Shown here: positions 28,495-37,347 of the stretch, one piece after another | How positions within the stretch are numbered: the stretch's first letter is position 1 | Layout of the letters: each line of letters starts with the position of its first letter | Program-made: the position numbers and the translations under genes | Origin: Bacteroidetes bacterium GWF2_43_63 | Lineage (GTDB): Bacteria > Bacteroidota > Bacteroidia > Bacteroidales > DTU049 | Direction: 5' to 3' | DNA length: 64,000 nt | Assembly (NCBI GenBank): GCA_001769275.1 | Contig: MEOQ01000045.1 | Coordinates: forward strand, 129,821-193,820 | Notes under the pieces: generated by a model | The model's input: only the letters and a program-made list of their open reading frames with translations | Told to the model about the DNA's origin: nothing | The model's database searches: none

Positions 28495-29307
28495 CTATTC
28501 AAGCGTATAATCAAAATCAATATCAGGAATTATATTGTGGCAAAAGACGAAATTTTCGAAATCCGAAAACCATTGAATGACAGTATTTGAATCAACAAAA
28601 TAATTTTCGTTATTAATTATTTCATTATAGGAAGAATAAATCCACTCTTCCGGTCGTTGGAAAAAACCATGATAAACGGGGTTGTTGTGAATATACACAA
28701 CAAGCGTTCGCAAGTAATCATCGGACAACACTTCTTTTCGCTGAAAGGGATGAATAAACAATCCGCCCATTCGTTTGTTTTGCTTATTGAACGCCTGCGT
28801 ATAACTCGAAAACAAGTCGCCGAGCTGGCGGCTGATCCATATTTGAAGAAACGCTTCTACTTCCGATGCCGAGCCGTTTGAGCTTTTGAGGTCTTTTAAA
28901 GCTTCGAGTTTTCTAGAAGTCTTTTTATAGGCATTGAAGCGGGAGCTTGGGGATGTTTTTGCTGCGCTAAAGAAAGGTGGCAACTCCTCTTTCGCCATAA
29001 ACTTCAACGAAGTTTCAAACTTCGTTGAAGTTGGCGAAGAAGTTTCAAACTTCGTTGAAGTTGGCGAAGTTGAAGTTGGTTTAAGCATCTCTTCCAGCGC
29101 AGCAACAATCTCTTCGCAGCTTTTTACCCGAACCAGAAAATGAAAGTGGTTCGGCATCAGGCAATATGCGTAGGTGTCGAAAAACGCTGATAAATGAAAT
29201 TTGTATTTCTCGAGGAAAAACGAGAAATTTTCACCTTTGCGAAAAATATTTTCAAACCCGTTTGCATGATTATAAATATGGTAATATTTCCCGGATTCCA
29301 GATACAT
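28495..29307 (-). CDS. REP-associated tyrosine (Y1, HUH) transposase-like protein (RAYT / IS200-like) with an enlarged central insert
   Basis: HUH context ..YAYCLMPNHFHFLVRV.. and the Tyr-region motif ..VVYIHNNPVYHGF.. At 270 aa it appears longer than I would expect for this family, because of a low-complexity insert containing a 30-bp tandem duplication. Confidence 0.75.
   Translation of the reverse strand: MYLESGKYYHIYNHANGFENIFRKGENFSFFLEKYKFHLSAFFDTYAYCLMPNHFHFLVRVKSCEEIVAALEEMLKPTSTSPTSTKFETSSPTSTKFETSLKFMAKEELPPFFSAAKTSPSSRFNAYKKTSRKLEALKDLKSSNGSASEVEAFLQIWISRQLGDLFSSYTQAFNKQNKRMGGLFIHPFQRKEVLSDDYLRTLVVYIHNNPVYHGFFQRPEEWIYSSYNEIINNENYFVDSNTVIQWFSDFENFVFCHNIIPDIDFDYTLE
29010..29069. repeat. 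Perfect 30-bp tandem duplication containing a palindrome, inside the RAYT coding sequence
   Basis: aagtttcaaacttcgttgaagttggcgaag x2 (29010-29039 and 29040-29069). cttcaacgaagttt-c-aaacttcgttgaag (29002-29030) is a perfect 14-bp hairpin. The duplication is in frame and encodes SPTSTKFETS twice. Confidence 0.9.
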
Positions 29308-29329
29308 TATTGTTTGAAAATATTGCAGA

Positions 29330-30820
29330 CTAGAACTGAATATAAATAAACGGCATCGCGTCGAGACTGTAAAGCTGATAGAGTAATATTATAAGAACGG
29401 CCAGGGTTGCGGCTTTGAGCGACCAGTGGGTTTTAGTAAATCCACCTAGGATTCCTGCGTACATTTTTATTGGCAGATATTGCAAAATCAAACCGCCCAG
29501 CATCAACAGGAACGGGGTCATATAAATACCAAGCCATTGCGGAAACAGGGCAAAATCTGCAGTCAGAATAAAATTATAGAATTCGCCGGCTTTGGCTAAG
29601 TTGGGAACTTTAAGCAATACGGCTGTAAAAACCAGAAAATGAAAAGTGATAAAAATGCTGATGAAAGAATAAATGCTTTTTGGCATCCATTTTTGGATTT
29701 TTGATCTGGTGTTCTGGCTAATCACATCCCAGGCGATGGCTGCTCCATGCAAAAGGCCCCACACCACAAAGGTAAGGGCTGCACCATGCCACAGGCCGGA
29801 TACAAAAAATGTGATGAACACAGCCAGCAATATGAGCGATTTTCCACCCCGGCGCCACGCGAAGGCCATGGGTTGATACAAATATTCATTGAGCCAGTTG
29901 TATAATGTGATGTGCCAGCGGCGCCAGAATTCAGTGATGTTGCCTGCAATGAACGGCTTGTTGAAGTTGTGCTCAATGGTAAATCCCATCAGGCAACCAA
30001 ATCCAACCATCATGTCGGTGTAGCCGGCAAAATCGAAATAGAGTTGCAGCAAACCTCCATAAGCGGCCATCAGCGCGTCAAGCCCGGTAAAATATTGCGG
30101 ACTTTCGAAAACGCGATCCACCAGATTTGCAGCAATAAAATCTGCGAAAACAATTTTTTTGATTAGTCCAAGCATGATTAAAAACAGTCCTTTGCTCAGG
30201 ATGTTTTTGTCAATGATTGGTTTTGAAATAAATTGAGGAAGTAAATCGCGCGCCTTCGAAATGGGCCCGGCCAGAATATTTGGAAAAAACGAAACATACA
30301 GCACATAGCGGAACCAGTTGCGCTCGGGCTCTTCGATGACTTCGCGGTGGATATCGAAAATGTAGGTGAGCGATTTAAAAACAAAGTAGGAAATGCCGAG
30401 TGGCTGAACGATTTTCAGCACCAGGGGCTCTGTTCCCGGGTGAACAAAACCCGTCCATGTTTCAAGCAGAAAATTGGTGTATTTGAAATATAAAAGGGCG
30501 CCAACATTGATGGCTACAGACAGCACCAGAAGCCATTTTTTACTTGCATCACTTTTTGATTTGTGTATGCCTTTTCCAATAAAAAAATCAATGGTGGCCA
30601 TCAGAATCATCACTCCGACAAAAAGTCCGCTAATTTTGTAATAGAAGTATAAGCTGAAAAGCAGGAGGACACTGTTCCGCAAAGTGCGGTTGTTGAACGA
30701 TAGCGAATACAGCAGATAGAAGAATGCGAAGAGTATGAAGAATGTGACAGACTGGAATATAAGCGGCTGTCCGGGCAGATATTGAAGCGAATACAGAAAG
30801 TCGGTAAACGAAAAATTCAT
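29330..30820 (-). CDS. MBOAT family O-acyltransferase (DltB/AlgI/PatA-like)
   Basis: Polytopic membrane protein with ..FWRRWHITLYNWLNEYLY.. and the conserved His region ..SGLWHGA.. Confidence 0.9.
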   Translation of the reverse strand: MNFSFTDFLYSLQYLPGQPLIFQSVTFFILFAFFYLLYSLSFNNRTLRNSVLLLFSLYFYYKISGLFVGVMILMATIDFFIGKGIHKSKSDASKKWLLVLSVAINVGALLYFKYTNFLLETWTGFVHPGTEPLVLKIVQPLGISYFVFKSLTYIFDIHREVIEEPERNWFRYVLYVSFFPNILAGPISKARDLLPQFISKPIIDKNILSKGLFLIMLGLIKKIVFADFIAANLVDRVFESPQYFTGLDALMAAYGGLLQLYFDFAGYTDMMVGFGCLMGFTIEHNFNKPFIAGNITEFWRRWHITLYNWLNEYLYQPMAFAWRRGGKSLILLAVFITFFVSGLWHGAALTFVVWGLLHGAAIAWDVISQNTRSKIQKWMPKSIYSFISIFITFHFLVFTAVLLKVPNLAKAGEFYNFILTADFALFPQWLGIYMTPFLLMLGGLILQYLPIKMYAGILGGFTKTHWSLKAATLAVLIILLYQLYSLDAMPFIYIQF

Positions 30821-30821
30821 A

Positions 30822-32828
30822 CTACTTGATGCTTAGTTTTTGTCCGACATTCAGATTGTCGGATGTCATTTTGTTATCCTTCTTGATTTTATCGACGGTC
30901 GTATTGTATTTTTTTGCGATTGACCAGAGCGACTCACCGCTTTTCACAATATGAACAGTGCCGAGTTTGTTGCTTTGAGTCTGAGTGGTCTGTTGTTGTG
31001 TTGTAGTCTGTGTTGACGTTTTTTGGGCCGTTCCTGCGGTATAAATCACCAGCGTTTTCCCGGCAACAATATTACTTGATGTCAGCCCATTCCATTTTTT
31101 AATATCGTCAACAGACACTTTGTATTTCGCCGCAATCGAGCCGAGGTTGTCGCCACTTTTTATGGTATACACTACTTTCTTACTTCCGCTGCTTGTTTGC
31201 TGCGTAGAAGTATTCTGCACCGTAGTATTTTGTGTTGTTGTGTTTTTTACAGCTGTTTTGCTCACTAGCAGCTTCTGGCCTGCATTAATACGGGTGGAAG
31301 AAAGATTGTTCCATTTTTGAAGATCAGAAACCGTTACTCCATAACGCTTTGCAATGGTGCTTAGATTGTCGCCGGATCGCACAATATAGTACTGGCCTGT
31401 TCCCTGACCTGATGTTTTTATTCCACCTGTCTGATTTTTGTAATTCTCAATTTTGTCAGTCGCAGCAACTTCCTGACGGTTGTAATAGGTGGATTTATTA
31501 ATAACCCAATTACCAAAATTGGTAGTATCGATGTGATCATTGAAAACGAGCAGGCTATCGGGATAGCGCGACAGGTAAGCAATGTATGAATTGAGCAGGG
31601 CATTGCAATACAATTCGCCTTTCACTTTGTAGCCCTTGTAACTAAGATGGCAGCGGTCGCGCTGCGACAATCCGTTCTTTGCCCAATTCAGCATGGATTG
31701 AGGCCCGCCGGATATATTGTAATAATCATAAAGAACAACATTCTGTTCTTTTGAAAGCAATCGGGTGAGCATGCTGTAATCTTTGCAGTTGGTAATATTT
31801 CTTCCGCGATAATAAATATCTTGTGCATTTGGCAGCATGAAAACAGCATTGGGTGCCGACTCGCGGAAAAGCGCGATCGATTTGTTGATGCTGCTCATGA
31901 TGTATTGATAGTTGAATGTGCCGCGAAAAAAATCATTAATTCCCAAATCAAAAATCACAAGATCGGGCTTCACTGCCTTTAGCTGCGTAGAAGTAAGGTT
32001 TTGATTGAAAAAACTGTGATAGCCTGCGCCGTTGATCCCAACGCTGATGTATTGAATACCGGAGTTGGCCACGCTCTGGATTTCGATACCATAACACTCG
32101 AAATATTTTTGTTCGGGCGATGTTTTGTTCACAACAAGTGTCAGTGTGTCCGATGCTTTTGGCAGAATTACCTCGACATACGGAAGGCTGTCGGAATGGC
32201 AATCTGCATCAACCCACGTGTTGGTGCCACCGGCTTTTATTTTCGCATCGAAACTTTCTTTTCCTTTGTGGCAATAGATGCGAATCCTTTTAAAATCGGG
32301 CTGAATGGAGTAGTAGTGTTTTCTGAAAATCAGCTTGAATCCTGCGGTTGAGTCGGTCGTGAATACCGTGATGCCACTGATGCCAATATTCATTTTTGGC
32401 TTTAGCTCTACATTTTTCGATGCTGACCAGACTCCATGCGACTGAGCAAAATAATCAAACGCAGAATGGGTGCCGGCTGCCTGATAAGGGAAAACTATCC
32501 CGCGTCCACCGAAGCCAAAAATCTGCTGAAGCATTGCCCGGGTGATACCCGTTCCAATGTCGCTCTGAATGTGAGAATCGCCAATATGTAGAATGACGAC
32601 TTTTTCCTTGTTGGATTTTTTTAGCTTTTCGAAAAATGGTGCTATGGCATCGATCTGATACCACTCAAGCATGTTTTTATCGTACTGTAAAAAATCGAAA
32701 AATTCGCTGTACTTGACGGCTTGCTTCAGGTAATTTGTATCAGTTGGATTCTTCTGAGCATGGCTTTTCAGGCCGAAGAACAGAAGTCCGGTGATCAACA
32801 CAAATATTTTGAAATTACCTGTCATCAT
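30822..32828 (-). CDS. Exported SGNH/GDSL-type hydrolase/acyltransferase fused to three C-terminal LysM domains
   Basis: Signal peptide, block I ..ILHIGDSHIQSD.., later ..DLGINDF.. and ..RDRCHLS.. Three LysM repeats (YYIVRSGDNLSTIA, VYTIKSGDNLGSIA, VHIVKSGESLWSIA) are separated by T/Q-rich linkers. Confidence 0.85.
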   Translation of the reverse strand: MMTGNFKIFVLITGLLFFGLKSHAQKNPTDTNYLKQAVKYSEFFDFLQYDKNMLEWYQIDAIAPFFEKLKKSNKEKVVILHIGDSHIQSDIGTGITRAMLQQIFGFGGRGIVFPYQAAGTHSAFDYFAQSHGVWSASKNVELKPKMNIGISGITVFTTDSTAGFKLIFRKHYYSIQPDFKRIRIYCHKGKESFDAKIKAGGTNTWVDADCHSDSLPYVEVILPKASDTLTLVVNKTSPEQKYFECYGIEIQSVANSGIQYISVGINGAGYHSFFNQNLTSTQLKAVKPDLVIFDLGINDFFRGTFNYQYIMSSINKSIALFRESAPNAVFMLPNAQDIYYRGRNITNCKDYSMLTRLLSKEQNVVLYDYYNISGGPQSMLNWAKNGLSQRDRCHLSYKGYKVKGELYCNALLNSYIAYLSRYPDSLLVFNDHIDTTNFGNWVINKSTYYNRQEVAATDKIENYKNQTGGIKTSGQGTGQYYIVRSGDNLSTIAKRYGVTVSDLQKWNNLSSTRINAGQKLLVSKTAVKNTTTQNTTVQNTSTQQTSSGSKKVVYTIKSGDNLGSIAAKYKVSVDDIKKWNGLTSSNIVAGKTLVIYTAGTAQKTSTQTTTQQQTTQTQSNKLGTVHIVKSGESLWSIAKKYNTTVDKIKKDNKMTSDNLNVGQKLSIK

Positions 32829-34291
32829 TTACCGGCAGTTGTTCCGTGAATTAAATATTTATTGTATTCGCCCATAATGGCGAGGAAAAGTTCATTGACA
32901 ACAATCTCACGTCCTTTGTCGCTGTAATGTCCGTCACGCGATGCCCAGCCCTTTTTATTCCAGGCCAGCACAGAGTTTTCGCCACCCATCAGCTGATACA
33001 GATCGAAAAATGCACAACCGTTTTTCAGCGCTACTTCTTTCTGAACATCACGAATTCGGCTTACCATCGGGTACGATGCATAGGTTCCGCCAACACTGCG
33101 TGCAACATCGTTCACACCAATTACAAGCACGGATGCATCGGGCAGGGCTTTGCGGAAATGCGCGTAGAGCCGGTCGTAGCTGTTTTTGATGTTGTTCAGC
33201 GACGCTTCATTTTTCACATAGGGTGTAACGTTTCCGCCAAACTGGAGTATTACAAGTTTGTTATTTAGCTTTATGAATTGTGCTTTCAAAAAATCGTTTT
33301 GAATAGTCATAAGTCCGTCGCCGCTATGTCCGCGTAGACCATAATTGTCAAATTGAACTCCGGCACCGGGATCAAAGCTCAGTCCGTAAATCTCAGGACT
33401 GGGGCCGGTGAACACGAATTTTAATGCTGCCGGATTCGATTTAAGCGGAAGCTTCAAAACATTGAATGGATCGGGACTATCAAGCACAACTTCGGCCAAA
33501 AGTTCATTGGTTTTTGAATTATAAACTTTCAGCTCAGCTGTTTCAGTTGCTTTTCCATACCATAATTTTGCAACACTGTAGCCGCGGAAAAGTTTCAGAT
33601 ATACAGTTGCATTTGCGTAGGAACAAGCTGGAATTTTTATTTTGGTTGTATCTCCGTTTTCTCCGATGCTGTCGCGTGTGCATTCCGGAGTTGAAAAACG
33701 ATAACGGAACACAGCTCCTCCGGCACAATACAACCCTTTGGCAGAGCGATTATGAAACACAGTGTGGCGAACCCAGTTGGGGCTTGTGCTTCGCGTATAA
33801 CTAACCGGCGAAGTCACATCGTCGATTGGAACATAACCAACTCCACTGCCGCCAAACTTGTCCTGAAACATGATCCGGAGCAGGCTTGTGATGCGGTCTC
33901 CCTCGATTTGCGAATCGCCATAATGGCCGATACGAATGAGCGAAGAATCGCTTTTTTGCAGATATTTGAAAAAATTCTCCAGCGCAGTGCCACCTTCGGC
34001 AGCCGAAGGATTAAGGAAAAAATCGCTGGAATTAAACACTGATTCATCAAGAATGCTCATGCGTTTTATAGCATCCTCGTTCACGCCGTAGGCGCGCGAT
34101 TCAAGCATCGCAATCACACTGTCTACATTTTGTGTATTGTCCTTTACTTTAAAATTCAGAATTTCTTCCTTTGGAATAAAAGTAATAATCCTGTTGCCTA
34201 CAACAATCTCGCTTTTTGGCCAGAAACAGGATGCTGCAAGCAGGAGTACGCCTGTCAGCACAATAATTGCAAAGACCTGATATCTCTTCAT
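32825..34291 (-). CDS. Membrane-anchored SGNH-like protein (DltD/AlgJ/PatB-like)
   Basis: N-terminal TM anchor (VFAIIVLTGVLLLAASCFW), block I ..IGHYGDSQIEGDRIT.., ..VIGVNDV.. and ..RDGHYS.. There is a 4 bp overlap with the downstream gene. Confidence 0.75.
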   Translation of the reverse strand: MKRYQVFAIIVLTGVLLLAASCFWPKSEIVVGNRIITFIPKEEILNFKVKDNTQNVDSVIAMLESRAYGVNEDAIKRMSILDESVFNSSDFFLNPSAAEGGTALENFFKYLQKSDSSLIRIGHYGDSQIEGDRITSLLRIMFQDKFGGSGVGYVPIDDVTSPVSYTRSTSPNWVRHTVFHNRSAKGLYCAGGAVFRYRFSTPECTRDSIGENGDTTKIKIPACSYANATVYLKLFRGYSVAKLWYGKATETAELKVYNSKTNELLAEVVLDSPDPFNVLKLPLKSNPAALKFVFTGPSPEIYGLSFDPGAGVQFDNYGLRGHSGDGLMTIQNDFLKAQFIKLNNKLVILQFGGNVTPYVKNEASLNNIKNSYDRLYAHFRKALPDASVLVIGVNDVARSVGGTYASYPMVSRIRDVQKEVALKNGCAFFDLYQLMGGENSVLAWNKKGWASRDGHYSDKGREIVVNELFLAIMGEYNKYLIHGTTAGK

Positions 34292-34292
34292 T

Positions 34293-34538
34293 TTATGCGA
34301 TCAGCTTTTCATTGATGATGGTCAGCATATCGCCGACGTTTTTCATTTTCACCATTTCTTTCAACTTGAAACGGAATCCAAAAGCCTCTTCCACTTTTGC
34401 AATCATGGTTAAATGTGTGAGGCTGTCCCATTTGTCAACATCGTTGGCTGTCATTTCAGGGTTGATAACAAGAGCTGGTGCCTGAAACACGTCTCTGAAA
34501 ATTTCCTGAACCTTTGAATTGATTTCTTCGTTGTTCAT
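34293..34538 (-). CDS. Acyl/peptidyl carrier protein (DltC-like)
   Basis: 81 aa with the phosphopantetheine attachment context ..DVDKWDSLTHLTMI.. Confidence 0.85.
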   Translation of the reverse strand: MNNEEINSKVQEIFRDVFQAPALVINPEMTANDVDKWDSLTHLTMIAKVEEAFGFRFKLKEMVKMKNVGDMLTIINEKLIA

Positions 34539-34545
34539 AGTATTA

Positions 34546-35235
34546 TTATCCTTTCATTAAATTCATTATGTCGACTTTCATTAACAGCATTCCGGCTCCG
34601 GGAAAGTATTTCAGCACGTCCGGGTCGTCACAATAAGTACGTTCTGTAATGGTGAATCCCATTTTTTCGTATGCGTGAATGGCTGTTTTGTTCTCAATGT
34701 AAGTCATCAGTTCGGCATTGCTGACCGGATACTGCTGCAATAGATATTTTGCAACATGCGCTTTGAAGAGCTTTGTAATTAGTCCCTTGCCTCTGTGTTC
34801 TTCCGCGACAAATGCAGATTCAAACTGCAGATCTCCATCCGTGCGATGCACCATCATTTTGTCGGTGATGTGTTTTTGGTTCTGCACAAATTCCAGTGCC
34901 CCTTTCGGATAGTATTGCTGCATGAGCACCGAACGCACCATCCATGATGAAACACCATCAAGGCCCTCAATCCATGCGGAAATACAAGCCACAGGTTTCC
35001 CTTCATATTCTGCAACAAGAAAGTGAAACGGCGAAAATTCGCATCCTTCCACTTCTTCGGGCATCATGGCTTCAATAGCGTCGCGTGCCTGCTCGTAGCT
35101 GATTCCGAACAAGGCAGCATAACTTGTGTTTGTGCCGGTTGAGCCGATATCTGCTTTCAGAATGGCTTCAGCCAGAAAACGATAATCGCTTTCCTTCGCG
35201 CGGCGTATGGTGTAGTTGAGATCAGTCATGTCCAA
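34546..35235 (-). CDS. GNAT family N-acetyltransferase
   Basis: ..FVAEEHRGKGLITKLF.. (Q/RxxGxG/A-like acetyl-CoA loop) plus a C-terminal ..AIHAYEKMGF.. motif. It overlaps the upstream ligase gene by 14 bp. Confidence 0.75.
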   Translation of the reverse strand: MDMTDLNYTIRRAKESDYRFLAEAILKADIGSTGTNTSYAALFGISYEQARDAIEAMMPEEVEGCEFSPFHFLVAEYEGKPVACISAWIEGLDGVSSWMVRSVLMQQYYPKGALEFVQNQKHITDKMMVHRTDGDLQFESAFVAEEHRGKGLITKLFKAHVAKYLLQQYPVSNAELMTYIENKTAIHAYEKMGFTITERTYCDDPDVLKYFPGAGMLLMKVDIMNLMKG

Positions 35236-36694
35236 GTACCAGATTATTAATTTCTCTGCGGTTTATTTTGCCATTGTTGTTTAGCGGAAAGCTGCTTATG
35301 AAGCGGAATTCGGAAGGAATCATATAGAATGGCATTTTGCTTTTCAGATAATCGTTCAAGTCGTGTATCGCGTCTTCGCTGCCTTCAATGGCTGCAACAA
35401 TAACGTCGTTTCCTGTAGTATCGTGTGCGGCCATGGCAACTACTCTGCGATTTTCGTAAAACGAAGCAATATGATGTTCTATTTCGCTCAATTCCACACG
35501 GAAGCCGCGGATTTTAACCTGATAATCTTTACGTCCAAGATAAAAGTACAAGCCGTTTTCACGAATACATATATCCCCGGTGCGGTAAAAATTCTTCCCA
35601 TTTATTTCAACAAACGCTTCGCGGTTTTTTTCTTCATTCTTCAGATAACCCGTAATTACCTGACCTCCGTTGAGGAGCAGTTCTCCTTTTTCGCCATCCG
35701 CCACAATTTTATTCTCATCATCAACAATCACTGCATCAATGTCGAGCGTAGGCCAGCCGATACTGACAATGCCATTGCGCGAAGGAATTTCATTTTCCGG
35801 CATGCGATACCACACGGAATAAATAGTTGCTTCGGTAGGTCCGTACAGATTTTGAAATTCCGCATTTGGACAGCATTTCTTCCACTCAAGAGTGAGTCCG
35901 TGCGGAACCGCTTCGCCGCTGAGACACATGTATTTCATTTTTTCGAGCATGATCTCATCGAAGTATGGCCGTAGATAAGCAACCACGCTGGGAACGAGAA
36001 TGGCAAACTCGATTTCATATTCTTCGAGCAGTCTGAAAATTGTTGGATACTTAATATTGTTGTTCGGAACTGAAAACAAAGTTCCTCTGCAAATAAACGG
36101 TGACAAAATGGAAACAATGCTTAGGTCGAAACTGAGATCGAACATCTGCAGAAAGCGGCTGCCCGGGCCAAGTTGGTAATTCATTGTTTCGAGGTTGCGC
36201 AGAAAAGAGCGCACATTGCCGTATGAAACCGGAACACCTTTTGGCTGACCTGTACTGCCGGAAGTAAAAAGAATATAGGCCGTGTCATTGTCTTCGGGCG
36301 ATGCAGGATGGTCAAAAATATTTTCTTTCAGATCGCACGTACATACGAATTCGGAATTGGCTTGCACTTTTTCTGTGCTGTGCAGAATGAGTTTTATTTC
36401 AGCCTGCTCAACAATGCTCGCAATGCGGTCGGACGGGTGGTAGGGGTTGAGTGGTACATAAATATTTCCGGTGGCCCAGATGGCCATGGCTGCGGCATAA
36501 GTGTCGGCATGATCCGAAGCCACAACACCGACAGCAGCTTTTTTCAAGCCACGCGAAGTAAGCAAAGATGCAATGGCATCGATTCGATTGCGAAACGAAG
36601 TGTAGGAATAAAAAACGTCCTCAACGCAAATGGCATTCAGCTTTTCATCGTAGTCTGGAAGAAACGGAAATATCACCTTGTTTGTTTTTTGCAA
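35222..36694 (-). CDS. Stand-alone adenylation enzyme (DltA / NRPS A-domain-like carrier-protein ligase)
   Basis: Core motifs ..AYILFTSGSTGQPKGV.. (A3), ..NLYGPTEATI.. (A5) and ..YRTGD....GRKDYQVKIRGFRVELSEIE.. (A7-A8). Confidence 0.9.
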   Translation of the reverse strand: MQKTNKVIFPFLPDYDEKLNAICVEDVFYSYTSFRNRIDAIASLLTSRGLKKAAVGVVASDHADTYAAAMAIWATGNIYVPLNPYHPSDRIASIVEQAEIKLILHSTEKVQANSEFVCTCDLKENIFDHPASPEDNDTAYILFTSGSTGQPKGVPVSYGNVRSFLRNLETMNYQLGPGSRFLQMFDLSFDLSIVSILSPFICRGTLFSVPNNNIKYPTIFRLLEEYEIEFAILVPSVVAYLRPYFDEIMLEKMKYMCLSGEAVPHGLTLEWKKCCPNAEFQNLYGPTEATIYSVWYRMPENEIPSRNGIVSIGWPTLDIDAVIVDDENKIVADGEKGELLLNGGQVITGYLKNEEKNREAFVEINGKNFYRTGDICIRENGLYFYLGRKDYQVKIRGFRVELSEIEHHIASFYENRRVVAMAAHDTTGNDVIVAAIEGSEDAIHDLNDYLKSKMPFYMIPSEFRFISSFPLNNNGKINRREINNLVLGHD

Positions 36695-36713
36695 AAGTAG
36701 TCATTTCAGGCAA

Positions 36714-36721
36714 TATTTTTG
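36714..36721 (+). promoter_or_regulatory. Candidate -7 box (TAttTTTG) for the CAP-domain gene
   Basis: tatttttg lies 40 nt upstream of ATG 36761. Confidence 0.4.
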
Positions 36722-36760
36722 CAGTGCGGCGCGCTATTCATTGACACCCTTTTGTTAATC

Positions 36761-37330
36761 ATGCGAACATTTTTTCTTCTTCTTGCCCTTTTTATTGTCA
36801 GTCCGGTTATACATGCACAGACCGACACCAGTCTGAGAGCCATGAATGAGCGGGAAATTGAATTGTACAGGCAGATTATGGAATACCGATCAAAAAAGCG
36901 ATTGAAAAGTATTCCTGTTTCATCATCGCTTACAAAAGTAGCTCAGTGTCATGTCCGCGATTTGAACAATTACCCGCCTGCAAAAAAATGTGGTATGCAC
37001 AGTTGGAGCGAAAATGGGCCATGGAAGCCGGTTTGCTACGATGCTGCGCGCAATGGCCCCGAGTTGATGTGGAGTAAGCCATCGGAACTGACTTCGTATA
37101 TCGGCAGGGGTTACGAAAACTCATTCTGGACAACAGATACTTCTTTCAGGGCTGAAGATGCACTTGCTGCCTGGAAATCGAGTCCTCCGCATAATTCTGT
37201 AATCATAAACCTCGGTATGTGGAAAGACTCGAAATGGAAAGCCATTGGATTGGCTGCCGAAGGGAATTATGCAGTAGTCTGGTTTGGCGAGAATGAAGAT
37301 CCAGCCGGGAACATTGATTTACCGGAATAA
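36761..37330 (+). CDS. Secreted CAP (SCP/PR-1-like) domain protein
   Basis: Start moved to MRTFFLLLALFIVSPVIHAQ. C-terminal ..AAWKSSPPHNSVI......KAIGLAAEGNYAVVWFGE is CAP-like. Confidence 0.65.
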   Translation: MRTFFLLLALFIVSPVIHAQTDTSLRAMNEREIELYRQIMEYRSKKRLKSIPVSSSLTKVAQCHVRDLNNYPPAKKCGMHSWSENGPWKPVCYDAARNGPELMWSKPSELTSYIGRGYENSFWTTDTSFRAEDALAAWKSSPPHNSVIINLGMWKDSKWKAIGLAAEGNYAVVWFGENEDPAGNIDLPE

Positions 37331-37347
37331 TTATTTTCTGAAAGGTC

